Below are positions 9,687-19,802 of a stretch of 64,000 nucleotides of DNA, piece by piece (position 1 is the stretch's first letter; each line of letters opens with the position of its first letter). Both the position numbers and the translations under genes were made by a program. The notes below the pieces were generated by a model. It did no database searches. It had not been told where the DNA came from and saw only the letters and a list, made by a program, of their open reading frames with translations. The stretch comes from a virus. Taxonomy: Duplodnaviria > Caudoviricetes. The stretch is from positions 64,001 to 128,000 of IMG/VR virus record IMGVR_UViG_3300032030_000005; one strand, 5' to 3'.

Positions 9687-11002
9687 AAATCTTGCATGAA
9701 TTTATCAAGTTCTTTTTCAGATAAACTATCTTCACCCATTAAATCATTAATCTTATTAACTATTCCCATATCAGCATAACATACAACTGTATATGTGGTA
9801 TTACTCATAGGATCTTTAGTTTTAAGAATGAATTCTTTTTCGTCAAAAGAATATACTTCAGGATCAACAAGCTTACCATTTATATATAAATCTATATCAA
9901 ATACTTTAGACATTTTAATCTTATATTTATTTAATAAATCACAAACTTTATGAACATTTGTTGGTAATACGGACTTAAGATCTAATTCATCATATTCAAC
10001 ATTAACTTCTGGTAGGAAGTTCCTTCTAAATAAAAGATTCCTTCTATTCTTGGTGTATGGAATATAATCTTCATTCATTATTAATGAGAATCTATACATA
10101 CCATCATCATAATCTTCTGGTTGTTGTAATTTAATATTCTTAAATCTTTCCATATTATCTAATTCCATAATAAATGTAGCCGGTGTCCATAATTCAGCAG
10201 TAATACTATATTCAATTTGTGAATTTTGAATAACGTTCTGTCTAAGATTTCTGTTATTATTAGACATATCAGGATAATTAACTAAAATATTAGCTGGATA
10301 CTTAAACATAAAACGATCATTACCAGTTGACAAATCTTTAGTTAAATAAATACCATTATATGAATACTGCATCATAAAATCTTCCATACGTTCCTTATCA
10401 GCTGGATCTGACAAGTCATAATTTAATCTATTTGCAATATTACTAATAATAAATGGAGGAACTTGTGTCTGTAAGAATATCTTATTTAAAAAGAAATATC
10501 CATTAGTCTGAAAGTTCTGATCTATATATGATAAACAATTCCAACCCTGTAATTCAGAATTAACTCTAATACCAATTCTAAACTGTATTTTAGTTCTCTT
10601 AAATGAATTAAATATTCTTATACCAGTAGATTCATCTTCAAATATTAGATTATAATTCTTTTTAAGTTTCTTTAAATATATCCATGAAGTATCTGTAAAT
10701 AATAGTGGTAATTGACCCATATAACCTTCTGATAAATCAAATTGAGGTTGCACAAATAAATATGGTCTCTTTTTAGGTTCAAAATAATCTTTTTGAATAG
10801 CACTTGCTGCCATTGTAGTAGATATATATGTTTCTTTAAAATATTTATCTGGAAATTTAGATTTAAAATATTCAGTCATATAACTTGTTACAGAACCTAT
10901 AATAGATGATAAGGCATTAGAAGAACTACAAACAGAAATAGTACTATATGTTTGATTTACTATTTGCTCTTCTCTACCCGGATCTCCAAATGTAATATTC
11001 AC
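9665..11002 (-). CDS. Virion structural protein, possibly tail completion/terminator
   Basis: 445 aa, GTG start, late promoter 11028-11039. Function inferred from context only. Confidence 0.5.
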   Translation of the reverse strand: MNITFGDPGREEQIVNQTYSTISVCSSSNALSSIIGSVTSYMTEYFKSKFPDKYFKETYISTTMAASAIQKDYFEPKKRPYLFVQPQFDLSEGYMGQLPLLFTDTSWIYLKKLKKNYNLIFEDESTGIRIFNSFKRTKIQFRIGIRVNSELQGWNCLSYIDQNFQTNGYFFLNKIFLQTQVPPFIISNIANRLNYDLSDPADKERMEDFMMQYSYNGIYLTKDLSTGNDRFMFKYPANILVNYPDMSNNNRNLRQNVIQNSQIEYSITAELWTPATFIMELDNMERFKNIKLQQPEDYDDGMYRFSLIMNEDYIPYTKNRRNLLFRRNFLPEVNVEYDELDLKSVLPTNVHKVCDLLNKYKIKMSKVFDIDLYINGKLVDPEVYSFDEKEFILKTKDPMSNTTYTVVCYADMGIVNKINDLMGEDSLSEKELDKFMQDLKIRKES

Positions 11003-11113
11003 AATAACACTTCCTTTCTTTAAATAATAAATGGATGTTAAATTTATATAATTTATTATTAAATATTTAATTTAACAAATAAATAATTAATACTTTAATA
11101 AGTAGGTGATATT

Positions 11114-11578
11114 ATGGAAAATGAAGAAAATAAAACAGAAGTATTAGATGTAACATTAGTTGATCCATATGAACATGTAGATGTAATAAGTGATACATTC
11201 TATGAAGGTAAAGAAAAAGCAACTGTATCAGATATAGAATATATGTGTAATTTTATAGCTAATAATATTGGATGTGAATATTGTCCATTAAAAGTTAGTA
11301 ATAAAATTTGTCCATTTGCTTTATTACTTAAAAAGTATGGTACATATACAGAAATCAATAAAGAAATTTTAAAATGGTTATCTGAAAATCCACCAACAAG
11401 TTATTTAATGGATATTAGAGAGAAAATGCCAAATGTTGTAATTGATTCAAATTATAATATTCCTAATTTCTGTGTTAAAGATATCTATGGTAATGATTGC
11501 TGCGAATGCTGTAAATCAGATAATGTATTTGATAAAGCAGATATGTACTGTAGGAAATGCTGGAGACAACCAATGTAA
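11114..11578 (+). CDS. Cys-rich hypothetical protein
   Basis: CEYCPL...CPF and FC...CCECC...CRKCWRQPM. Late-type promoter 11074-11085. Confidence 0.7.
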   Translation: MENEENKTEVLDVTLVDPYEHVDVISDTFYEGKEKATVSDIEYMCNFIANNIGCEYCPLKVSNKICPFALLLKKYGTYTEINKEILKWLSENPPTSYLMDIREKMPNVVIDSNYNIPNFCVKDIYGNDCCECCKSDNVFDKADMYCRKCWRQPM

Positions 11579-11582
11579 AAAT

Positions 11583-11622
11583 AATAAACCCTTAAGAGAT
11601 ATACTCTTAAGGGTTTATTTTT
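11583..11622. terminator. Bidirectional terminator
   Basis: 16-bp stem between convergent genes. Confidence 0.8.
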
Positions 11623-12304
11623 AAATATTCGTTCTTCCAGTATGTGTATGATTGATATATCCATTAATAATATCATTAGCAGATTCTTTTACAATAGCAT
11701 CTATATATTCTTTTAATGAAACATAATTAGACACTAATTCATCATTATTACCATTAATAAATGAATTGATATTATCAATATCTTCATGTATGCTTTCAAG
11801 TTCTGAATCTATATTATCAATTGTACTAATCTTTTTATCTTTAAACTTATAAATTGGATTATTTACATTTGTTGTTTTTTCTTCATCTAATTCAATGATA
11901 TTATTTAATATAGTATTATTTTGTTTAACTATTGAAGAAGTTTCATTGACATTTAAATTTTTATTTAAATTCATCAATACAAGATAATCTACTGGATCCA
12001 TAAGACCATAGTCACTATTAGATACTTTTTCATCAGCAGAAACAGCTCTTGATCTTAAGAAAGTATCTGAACTATTAAAGAATACTTGAGTTTCTCCACC
12101 TTGAATTCTTAATAATATAGCTCTATTAGCACCTTCAGCGTCATTATTATTATCTACAACAAATGCTATATAGTTCTCGTATTGAGATTCTAAACTAATA
12201 ATTTGATCTTCAAGATACTCTTTAAATTCTTCAGCTGTTTTAGTTCTAGTAGCTGTACTATCAGTAATTATTTTAAAGTTAATAGTTGTATCTGTTGTTG
12301 CCAT
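11621..12304 (-). CDS. Putative spike tip/shaft protein with a C-terminal HxH metal-binding motif
   Basis: Ends YINHTHTGRTNI, like the apex of P2 gpV-type spikes. Directly follows the OB-fold gene. Confidence 0.5.
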   Translation of the reverse strand: MATTDTTINFKIITDSTATRTKTAEEFKEYLEDQIISLESQYENYIAFVVDNNNDAEGANRAILLRIQGGETQVFFNSSDTFLRSRAVSADEKVSNSDYGLMDPVDYLVLMNLNKNLNVNETSSIVKQNNTILNNIIELDEEKTTNVNNPIYKFKDKKISTIDNIDSELESIHEDIDNINSFINGNNDELVSNYVSLKEYIDAIVKESANDIINGYINHTHTGRTNI

Positions 12305-12320
12305 TTATATCATCCTCTCG

Positions 12321-12842
12321 TCAAGTAATAAATTCCCATGTAATTTTATCTGTAGTATTTGAGTCATCTCTAGCATTAGATGTTCTAATAATATCTATAG
12401 ACTCACCATCACTAAATTTAACTGCCTCACCATCAGATAGAAATACAGTATTAGTATATACACAGTTATTAGGATTATTATTAAAGAAAGATACTATTAC
12501 TTTCTGTCCTACTCCAGGTTTAGTACTTTTAATAAAATCCGTTTTAGATTCATTTAAAAAATGTCGTTCAATTAATATTCTTGCATATAAATATTCTTGC
12601 TTATTTATTCTTGTAGTAATATTAAGATCTTCATTATTAAGAATATGACTTTTAGATAATTCTACTGTATTATCTATATTTTTAATAGATGGAGTATAGT
12701 TATATCCAAATAATTCAGGTATAAATACTTTTATCATTAAAGTATCTTCATATTCAGAATTATCTAATACATATCCGATATATTCTCCACTAAAATCAAA
12801 TTGATGTATAACTTTATTATCAAATAAACCAAAGTGTTCCAT
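12321..12842 (-). CDS. Baseplate spike OB-fold protein (gp5/gpV N-terminal-like)
   Basis: YIGYVLDN....MIKVFIPEL...KPGVGQKVIVSFFNNNPN matches the G.V......R.KV..P...P..G..V.V.F..GDP pattern. Confidence 0.65.
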   Translation of the reverse strand: MEHFGLFDNKVIHQFDFSGEYIGYVLDNSEYEDTLMIKVFIPELFGYNYTPSIKNIDNTVELSKSHILNNEDLNITTRINKQEYLYARILIERHFLNESKTDFIKSTKPGVGQKVIVSFFNNNPNNCVYTNTVFLSDGEAVKFSDGESIDIIRTSNARDDSNTTDKITWEFIT

Positions 12843-12938
12843 AATATTTTCACCACCGTATAATTTTAAGTTATTTATATATTTATATATTATATATATG
12901 TTAAATTTAAATATTATATTTAAAGGAGGTTAATATCA

Positions 12939-14216
12939 ATGATAAATTTAACAGAAGAACAAGCAAAAGCAGTAGATGCAATAGCTAAATGGTATTATTT
13001 TAAAAATAATGAACCGTTAGTTGTAGTGGGTGCTGGAGGAACTGGTAAGAGTTCTATTATATCAACATTTATTGAGATTCTGGGGCTATCTAGTTTTACT
13101 ACAGCATTTGTTACATTTACTGGTAAAGCTGCATCAGTATTAATTAAAAAAGGTAATAAAAGAGCTAAGACAATTCATCAGTTAATCTATGATCCGGAAT
13201 TAGATAAAGATGGAAACATCATAGGATTTAAGAAAAAACAACGATTAACTGAAGCATTAAATTTAATAGTTGTTGATGAATATTATATGGTTGATGATGC
13301 TATAATGACTGACATTTTATCATATGGTGTTCCAGTAATATGTTTAGGAGATAAATATCAATTACCTCCACCAAGTGGTAAAATTAATTCATTAGCTAAA
13401 AGAAAACCTGATATTGAATTAACACAGATATTAAGACAAGCAAAAGATAGTCCTATAATCTATTTAGCCACAAAAGCCAGAAATCATGAAAGAATACGAG
13501 TTGGAAATTATGGTGATAATGTAAGAGTTATCAGCAAAGATTCTTTAACATCTGAAGATTTAAAATTTATGATGACTGCAGATCAGATTATTTGTGGAAA
13601 GAATGATACTGTCAAGAAGTTAAATAACTTTTATAGAAGAAAATTCTTGAAGATAGATCCTGAATTAACATTACCTCAGTTAGGAGAAAAATTAATCTGT
13701 TTAAGAAATAACTGGAATATCAAATTTAACGTAAATAATTTTGATATAAATTTGGTTAATGGTTTAGGATTAAAATATATAAAACATTCAGCTTTTGATG
13801 GACCAGATTATAATAAATTTGATGAGTGTGGTTCATTTTATGCTGTACCTGATTTTGCAGAACCATCAGATATAACTATATCAAATATTAGTCTTATTCA
13901 TTATGATGGTTTAGCTTTTAAATATGGATTATTTAGTGATGCAGAAATTAAAGATGAAAAGAATATAGCTGAATATGGATATGCTGAAGTATTAAAGAAA
14001 AGAAAATATTTTGGTAGTATGAATAAGTCTGCTTATAATAATTATAATTTATTAAATTATGGTTATGCAATCACTACTCATAAATCTCAGGGTTCTTCAT
14101 GGAATAAGGTATTTTTATTATTTGAACCATTTTCTTCACCAAGTAAAGATCTTTACTGGCAGCAATTATATACGGGTATATCTCGTGCAGAAACCGAATT
14201 AGTCTTAGCGATTTAA
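12939..14216 (+). CDS. SF1B helicase, Dda/RecD2-like
   Basis: Motifs GAGGTGKS, TIHQLIY, VVDE, GDKYQLPP, LTQILRQ, YGYAITTHKSQGS, LYTGISRA. Confidence 0.92.
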   Translation: MINLTEEQAKAVDAIAKWYYFKNNEPLVVVGAGGTGKSSIISTFIEILGLSSFTTAFVTFTGKAASVLIKKGNKRAKTIHQLIYDPELDKDGNIIGFKKKQRLTEALNLIVVDEYYMVDDAIMTDILSYGVPVICLGDKYQLPPPSGKINSLAKRKPDIELTQILRQAKDSPIIYLATKARNHERIRVGNYGDNVRVISKDSLTSEDLKFMMTADQIICGKNDTVKKLNNFYRRKFLKIDPELTLPQLGEKLICLRNNWNIKFNVNNFDINLVNGLGLKYIKHSAFDGPDYNKFDECGSFYAVPDFAEPSDITISNISLIHYDGLAFKYGLFSDAEIKDEKNIAEYGYAEVLKKRKYFGSMNKSAYNNYNLLNYGYAITTHKSQGSSWNKVFLLFEPFSSPSKDLYWQQLYTGISRAETELVLAI

Positions 14217-14266
14217 AATTTAAATTTTGGTGAAAACATAAAATTACAAGGAGGGAAAAGAAAATT

Positions 14267-15523
14267 ATGGGTATTATTAATGAAGATTTAATTAAAATGA
14301 AAGAATTAAAATATATTGAAGAAGAAAAAATAAATAAAATAAAAGAATTCTTTGATATAATGTATAACAAAACAAAAAATATACCAATCTATAAAGCTAC
14401 ATTAAAAAATATAGATTGGAATAATTTAGATACTCCAGATGTTAAAAATTTAATACATTTCTTTGAAGATTGGATGGTAGTATCTAAAGAATCAGATGGT
14501 ATTATACCATTATCATTTATTACAACTAAAAATAAAAAATATAAATGTGAAATATGTGGAAAAGAAAATGAAGATATTATAAAGGTATCTAATATACAAG
14601 TACCAAGATGTAAAACATATATAAATCTCTGCCCTAAATGTACAGAAATATTAAAACCAGATGGATTACATGGTAGTAACACGATTTTATATAAACATTC
14701 TTTGGATTATTTAAAAGAATACAAAGAACGTATACCAGAGTTAAAGAAAAATCCTATTTATAAAATAATTAAAACTCTGATTGATGATAATTTCAAGTTA
14801 CTTAAAGATACAGAATATCTTGATGAATATAGATCAATATTAATTAATTATAGTAGTGCTATATTTAATTATCTTATATTAGAAGAAGATTTAGACAAGA
14901 TTTCAGATGAGGATTTCTTAGTTATTAAAGAATTCATGAATACTTACAATTTTATGTCTAAATTAAATGATAATCTAGATTTACCTATATTTATGATTCA
15001 GGCAGCTAATTTAGCTACAAGTTCAGAAACTTATTTAGGTAAATTTAAAATGATAGATCTACATATACTCGCCAATGAAGAAAATGATTTATATACAACT
15101 TTAAAAGAAGCAAACGATCTTACTAAAATATTTAATAGCTTTTATAAAGAAAAATCTATTGGTGGACGATATTCAATAGGTAGATTTATTAGAAATAGAT
15201 GTGGTAGAGATGAGAATAATTATCTTGTACCAAACGAGAAAGACATGTATGCATTAATACTGACTATAGGTGTTGATAGTTCATTAATTGAATATATCAA
15301 ATATGATATCAATCCAAGAAGTGGACCTTACCTTATAGAACATTATAAAAATTATGTAGAAAAACTTTATGAACTTAAATATGAAAAACAAGACGATAGT
15401 GAGTTTGGAAAATTAATAGAAAATATATATAAGAACTCATTATCGATTGAAATACCAGAAAGAGCTGAAAAGAGTGCTAAGAGAAAGAAACATAAACAAC
15501 GTTCAGCTTTTCAGCCATCGTAA
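14267..15523 (+). CDS. Hypothetical protein with a Zn-finger (CEIC...CPKC)
   Basis: 418-aa ORF, AGGAGG RBS, late-type promoter 14235-14246. Confidence 0.7.
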   Translation: MGIINEDLIKMKELKYIEEEKINKIKEFFDIMYNKTKNIPIYKATLKNIDWNNLDTPDVKNLIHFFEDWMVVSKESDGIIPLSFITTKNKKYKCEICGKENEDIIKVSNIQVPRCKTYINLCPKCTEILKPDGLHGSNTILYKHSLDYLKEYKERIPELKKNPIYKIIKTLIDDNFKLLKDTEYLDEYRSILINYSSAIFNYLILEEDLDKISDEDFLVIKEFMNTYNFMSKLNDNLDLPIFMIQAANLATSSETYLGKFKMIDLHILANEENDLYTTLKEANDLTKIFNSFYKEKSIGGRYSIGRFIRNRCGRDENNYLVPNEKDMYALILTIGVDSSLIEYIKYDINPRSGPYLIEHYKNYVEKLYELKYEKQDDSEFGKLIENIYKNSLSIEIPERAEKSAKRKKHKQRSAFQPS

Positions 15524-15587
15524 ATTAATAATAAAGACTCTTATATCTTAGTATATAAGAGTCTTTAATTTTTTAGGAGGAAGTTTT

Positions 15588-15914
15588 ATGTTTTTTAAAA
15601 AGAAAGAAAAGATTAAGTATTATTATTTAACTAAAGCTTGGTATGATAATAGTAGTGGTGGATTTTGTGCTACAAGCCTCTTTATAGATTCTAACAAAGC
15701 TGTTGAATGGAAGAATAATAGCTTTAGAAAAGGAGCTAAGGCTGTATGTATTGAATTCTATGAATTATATTCAGATAAGAAATCACAGGATTTAAAATAT
15801 CAGGGTTCTGAGACTATGGATCTTACTGAATGGACAGAAATGATGGAAAGAACTGAAATAGAATTAACCGCAGCTCAGAAGGCTGGCTTGAATCATTTTA
15901 AGCCTTTAAAATAA
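15588..15914 (+). CDS. Hypothetical protein
   Basis: AGGAGG RBS, 108 aa. Confidence 0.7.
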   Translation: MFFKKKEKIKYYYLTKAWYDNSSGGFCATSLFIDSNKAVEWKNNSFRKGAKAVCIEFYELYSDKKSQDLKYQGSETMDLTEWTEMMERTEIELTAAQKAGLNHFKPLK

Positions 15915-15966
15915 TTATATATTATAATATAGTCTATAAGACAATATTTATATTAGGAGGAATAAC

Positions 15967-18342
15967 ATGTCTAAGAAAATTAATGATGATTATAATGAGG
16001 AATCCATAACACAATTGGATTATCCAATTAATATTCAGAAAAAACCAACTATGTATATTGGTGATATAAGAACTATTGGATGCACTCATTTAGTTAGAGA
16101 GGTTTTAGACAATAGCGTTGATGAATGTCTCAATGGATATGGTAATTGTATTACAATTAATATATCTAATAAAAATGGCTCTTGCTCAGTAGAAGATGAA
16201 GGTCGTGGAATACCACCTAAAGCAATTGAGAAAGCTTTCTGTAACTTACACGCATCAGGTAAGTTTAATAACAAAGAGTATTCTGCCTCTGCAGGTACTA
16301 ATGGTGTTGGCACAACAGCCGTTAACGCTCTGTCAAAGTCATTTATAGTTGAATCTGTAAGAGAACATACTGCGTATGTACAGAAGTTCTCAGATGGTTT
16401 AGCGATAACTAAATTAACAAAGACAGGTACTAAAAAGAAAGAATCGGGTACAATAGTATACTTTGAACCAAATAAGAAGTTTATGAAGGAAGTAAACTTT
16501 GATATTGATGTTCTTAAGGATGAATTATCTTCTAAAGTATATGTACTTAAAGGTATTAAATTAGTGCTTAATAATGAAGATACTAAAGAAAAATTTGAGT
16601 ATCTTTCAAAAAATGGCTTAAGTGATTATATTAAGGCATGTAACAAAGAGCCTATATCATCTTCTATTAAACTTAATAAAAATATTCCATTTAAATATAT
16701 TGATGAAGATGATAATGAAATTGATTTAACATATAATGTCGATATGGAATTTTCTTATGATAAGAAATCTCATACAGATATTATATCATTTTGTAACTCT
16801 TTATGTATGAAAGATGGTGGTATTCAGGAAGTAGCATTTAGAACCACTTTAACAAAATTCTTCAAGAAGTATATTAAAGAAAATAATTTATTAACAAAGA
16901 AAGATGAAAAGCTTCTTGATAAGATAAGTGGTGAACATGTTTGTGATGGTTTAGTAGCTATCATTTCTATTAAGCATCCTATGCCGGAATTCCAAAATCA
17001 GACAAAACAGCAGCTTCGTAACGCTGAACTTAATAAAATATCTACATATGTAAACGAAGCTCTCGAAGAATTTGCAGCAGAAAATCCTAAAGAAGTTAAG
17101 AATATCTGCAATAAGATAATTTTAAGTGTAAAAGCCTTTGAAGCTGCGAAGAATGCCAGAGAAAGTGTTCAGAAGAAGGGTGAAAATCAGTTCTCTATAG
17201 TAAGTGATTTAAGTAAGTTAGCTAACTGTATATCTAAGGATATTTCTGTAAATGAAATATTTATTACTGAAGGACGTTCAGCATCTGGAACCGCTAAAGA
17301 CGCTAGAGATAAATATACTCAGGCTATATATGGATTAAGAGGTAAAATGCTTAATACTATAAATACTGAAGCCCCTGCAGTATTAGCAAACAAGGAATGT
17401 GCAGATTTAGCATATATACTAACTGGCCAGAAAAATGCCATAGACGATAAATTTGATATATCATTATTAAAATATGGTAAGATAATTATGTTATGTGATG
17501 CCGACTTTGATGGTCTTCATATTGTAATATTAGGTACTACTTATATATTTGAACATATGAAGCCTATTATTGAAGAAGGACATTTTTATGTGGCAATTCC
17601 ACCACTATATTCAATTATAGAGAAAGGAAAAAAGAGATATTTTGTAGATCAGGAAGAATATGATAATTATATCTATAAGAAAATTCTTGAATCATATTCA
17701 TTCGTTGATGAAAATGAAAAGTCATTAAATAAGAAAATAAAAGTAATCTTTAATAAATATGATATGTTATCATCACATATAAATCTTTACTCATTAACAA
17801 ATATTGGTCTAAGTAAACAGTTCTTACTCGATTTATTAGACTATTGTGTTGATGAAGGAGATATAGACGAAAAGACTATTAAGACATTTATTAAAGATTG
17901 TGATAATATAAAATTTAATAAAGATAAAAAGATATATAATGGCTTCTATGGAGACGATTATGTATCTTTTGAATTTGATAAGTTAATTAAATTCACTGAA
18001 GAAACTGTAGAATATATCGAAAATAATAAAATACCTATTGGCGATATATACTATGGTGACAAAAACAGCAATGAATATTCAGCATTTACAATTAGTGAAT
18101 ACATAGAATTAATCTATAATGTAACACCAAAGAGCCGTACAAGGTTAAAGGGTCTTGGAGAAATGGATGCTGATGAATTAAAAGAAACAACTCTTGATGT
18201 TGAGAAGCGTAATCTCTATCGAGTAACAATTGAAGATGTTGAGAGAGCTAAGGAAGCTATGAATAATTTCATGGATAGCAATTCTAAGTATGTAGCATTC
18301 AGAAAAGCTATACTTTTAAATAGTAAGAGAGTGGAGGATTAA
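15967..18342 (+). CDS. gyrB: Type IIA topoisomerase (gyrase) B subunit
   Basis: Motifs KKPTMYIG, EVLDNSVDE, DEGRGIP, LHASGKF, GTNGVG, EGRSASG, LRGKMLN, DADFDG, KGLGEM. Confidence 0.95.
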   Translation: MSKKINDDYNEESITQLDYPINIQKKPTMYIGDIRTIGCTHLVREVLDNSVDECLNGYGNCITINISNKNGSCSVEDEGRGIPPKAIEKAFCNLHASGKFNNKEYSASAGTNGVGTTAVNALSKSFIVESVREHTAYVQKFSDGLAITKLTKTGTKKKESGTIVYFEPNKKFMKEVNFDIDVLKDELSSKVYVLKGIKLVLNNEDTKEKFEYLSKNGLSDYIKACNKEPISSSIKLNKNIPFKYIDEDDNEIDLTYNVDMEFSYDKKSHTDIISFCNSLCMKDGGIQEVAFRTTLTKFFKKYIKENNLLTKKDEKLLDKISGEHVCDGLVAIISIKHPMPEFQNQTKQQLRNAELNKISTYVNEALEEFAAENPKEVKNICNKIILSVKAFEAAKNARESVQKKGENQFSIVSDLSKLANCISKDISVNEIFITEGRSASGTAKDARDKYTQAIYGLRGKMLNTINTEAPAVLANKECADLAYILTGQKNAIDDKFDISLLKYGKIIMLCDADFDGLHIVILGTTYIFEHMKPIIEEGHFYVAIPPLYSIIEKGKKRYFVDQEEYDNYIYKKILESYSFVDENEKSLNKKIKVIFNKYDMLSSHINLYSLTNIGLSKQFLLDLLDYCVDEGDIDEKTIKTFIKDCDNIKFNKDKKIYNGFYGDDYVSFEFDKLIKFTEETVEYIENNKIPIGDIYYGDKNSNEYSAFTISEYIELIYNVTPKSRTRLKGLGEMDADELKETTLDVEKRNLYRVTIEDVERAKEAMNNFMDSNSKYVAFRKAILLNSKRVED

Positions 18343-18346
18343 TATA

Positions 18347-18652
18347 ATGTCAGTAATAGATATAAATATAACAGATCTTCAAGAAGACTATATGGTAAAA
18401 TACATGCGTAGTGTTCTTGAAGAGCGTTCTATACCAGATCTTAGAGATGGTCTTAAACCTATACAGCGTTATTGTATTTGGGATGCCTTTAATGAAGGAC
18501 ATACATATGATAAGCCACATGTTAAGTGTGCATTAGGTGTAGGATCTATTATTGGTAAATATAGTCCTCATGGCGATCAGTCAGCGTATATGGCAATGAT
18601 GAGATTAGCTCAGAATTTCTCATTAAATATACCATTAATTAATCCACATGGT
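18347..18652 (+). CDS. gyrA: Gyrase A subunit, exon 1 (102 codons)
   Basis: RSIPDLRDGLKPIQR, GKYSPHGDQS, ...INPHG. Similarity stops at GGT (18652). Confidence 0.92.
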
Positions 18653-19802
18653 AAAATATAAATTAAAAGAGTTATAATTAATAATAAAGAAGTGATTAAA
18701 ATAAGAAGTTATGAAGAAGAAATGAATTATTATTTAAATAATTTTGTAAGCATAAAAGATGTTTGCAAAAAATTTCATATAGATAATAAATCATTTTCAA
18801 AATATTTAAAATTAAATAATATCGAAATTAGAGAAACTAGACGAAAATATATAGTAAACGAAGAATATTTTGATATAATAGACACTGAAGATAAAGCTTA
18901 TTGGTTGGGATTTCTAATGGGCGATGGTTGCATAAAATCAAATAATAATCAAATACAATTAGCATTAAGCAATAAAGACGAAGATCATGTGATTAAATTT
19001 AAAAATTGTCTTAATTCAAACTATCCAATAATATATGAAGAAACTAAATTTAATAGTAAATCATCTATATTTAGAATATATAGCAAAAAAATGTATAATA
19101 GACTTAATGAGTTAAATTTCACAACACACAAATCGATGAATGAGAAATTTATACATTCAAATTTTGATTATGCATTTATTAGAGGTATATTTGATGCTGA
19201 TGGTTGGATTACTAAAAGCAAAAATCACCTTAAAGAATTTGGAATTTGTAGTTCTTTAAATTTATGTAATGAAATAAAAGATTATCTGATTTCTAAAGGT
19301 ATTAATAAAGATAAAATAAGTATTTCTAAAAACAATACTAAAAAAGATAATCAATTATATAGAATAAGAATTTTTAATTCCAAAGATTTAAAAACTGTAT
19401 ATGATTTATTATATCAAAATAAAAATTGTATTAATTTAGAACGTAAAAAAATAAAATTTGAAGATATTTTAAAATAACTCTTTTAATTTTTGCCGTCTTA
19501 AATGAAACCAACAAGTATATTTAAGATTATGAGTGCTGAATTAAGCTGGGAGGGTGTAAAATCCTAGTCAGAGATCGAAGGCTTTATTTAAAAGTAAAGT
19601 CAGACGCAACGCATAGTAATTGAAACTATAATTGAGATATTATAGAATATAATATTACCAAGAGGCAGCACTAACGGTTGGTACATTATGCAGAATAATG
19701 TGTTAAAAAGATATGCTATACTGGATTAGAATTGACTAATCGATGAAAATGAACGAAAGTTCCAGAGTATGAGATAAAAAACTCATAGATAATAACAATT
19801 AG
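18653..19802 (+). ncRNA. Group I intron in gyrA (1150 nt)
   Basis: Removal restores HG|NCGNIGGDSPAAMRY (compare GNFGSIDGDSAAAMRY). The 5' exon ends in U and the intron ends in G. P1: GGU|AAAA pairs with UUUUGCC (19488-19494). P3: AGUGCUG (19532) / CAGCACU (19666). P7: GCAUA (19611) / UAUGC (19712) after AAGA. Confidence 0.9.
18692..19477 (+). CDS. Intron-encoded double-motif LAGLIDADG homing endonuclease
   Basis: Motifs WLGFLMGDGCI and FIRGIFDADGWI. Lies inside the gyrA intron. Confidence 0.9.
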   Translation: MIKIRSYEEEMNYYLNNFVSIKDVCKKFHIDNKSFSKYLKLNNIEIRETRRKYIVNEEYFDIIDTEDKAYWLGFLMGDGCIKSNNNQIQLALSNKDEDHVIKFKNCLNSNYPIIYEETKFNSKSSIFRIYSKKMYNRLNELNFTTHKSMNEKFIHSNFDYAFIRGIFDADGWITKSKNHLKEFGICSSLNLCNEIKDYLISKGINKDKISISKNNTKKDNQLYRIRIFNSKDLKTVYDLLYQNKNCINLERKKIKFEDILK

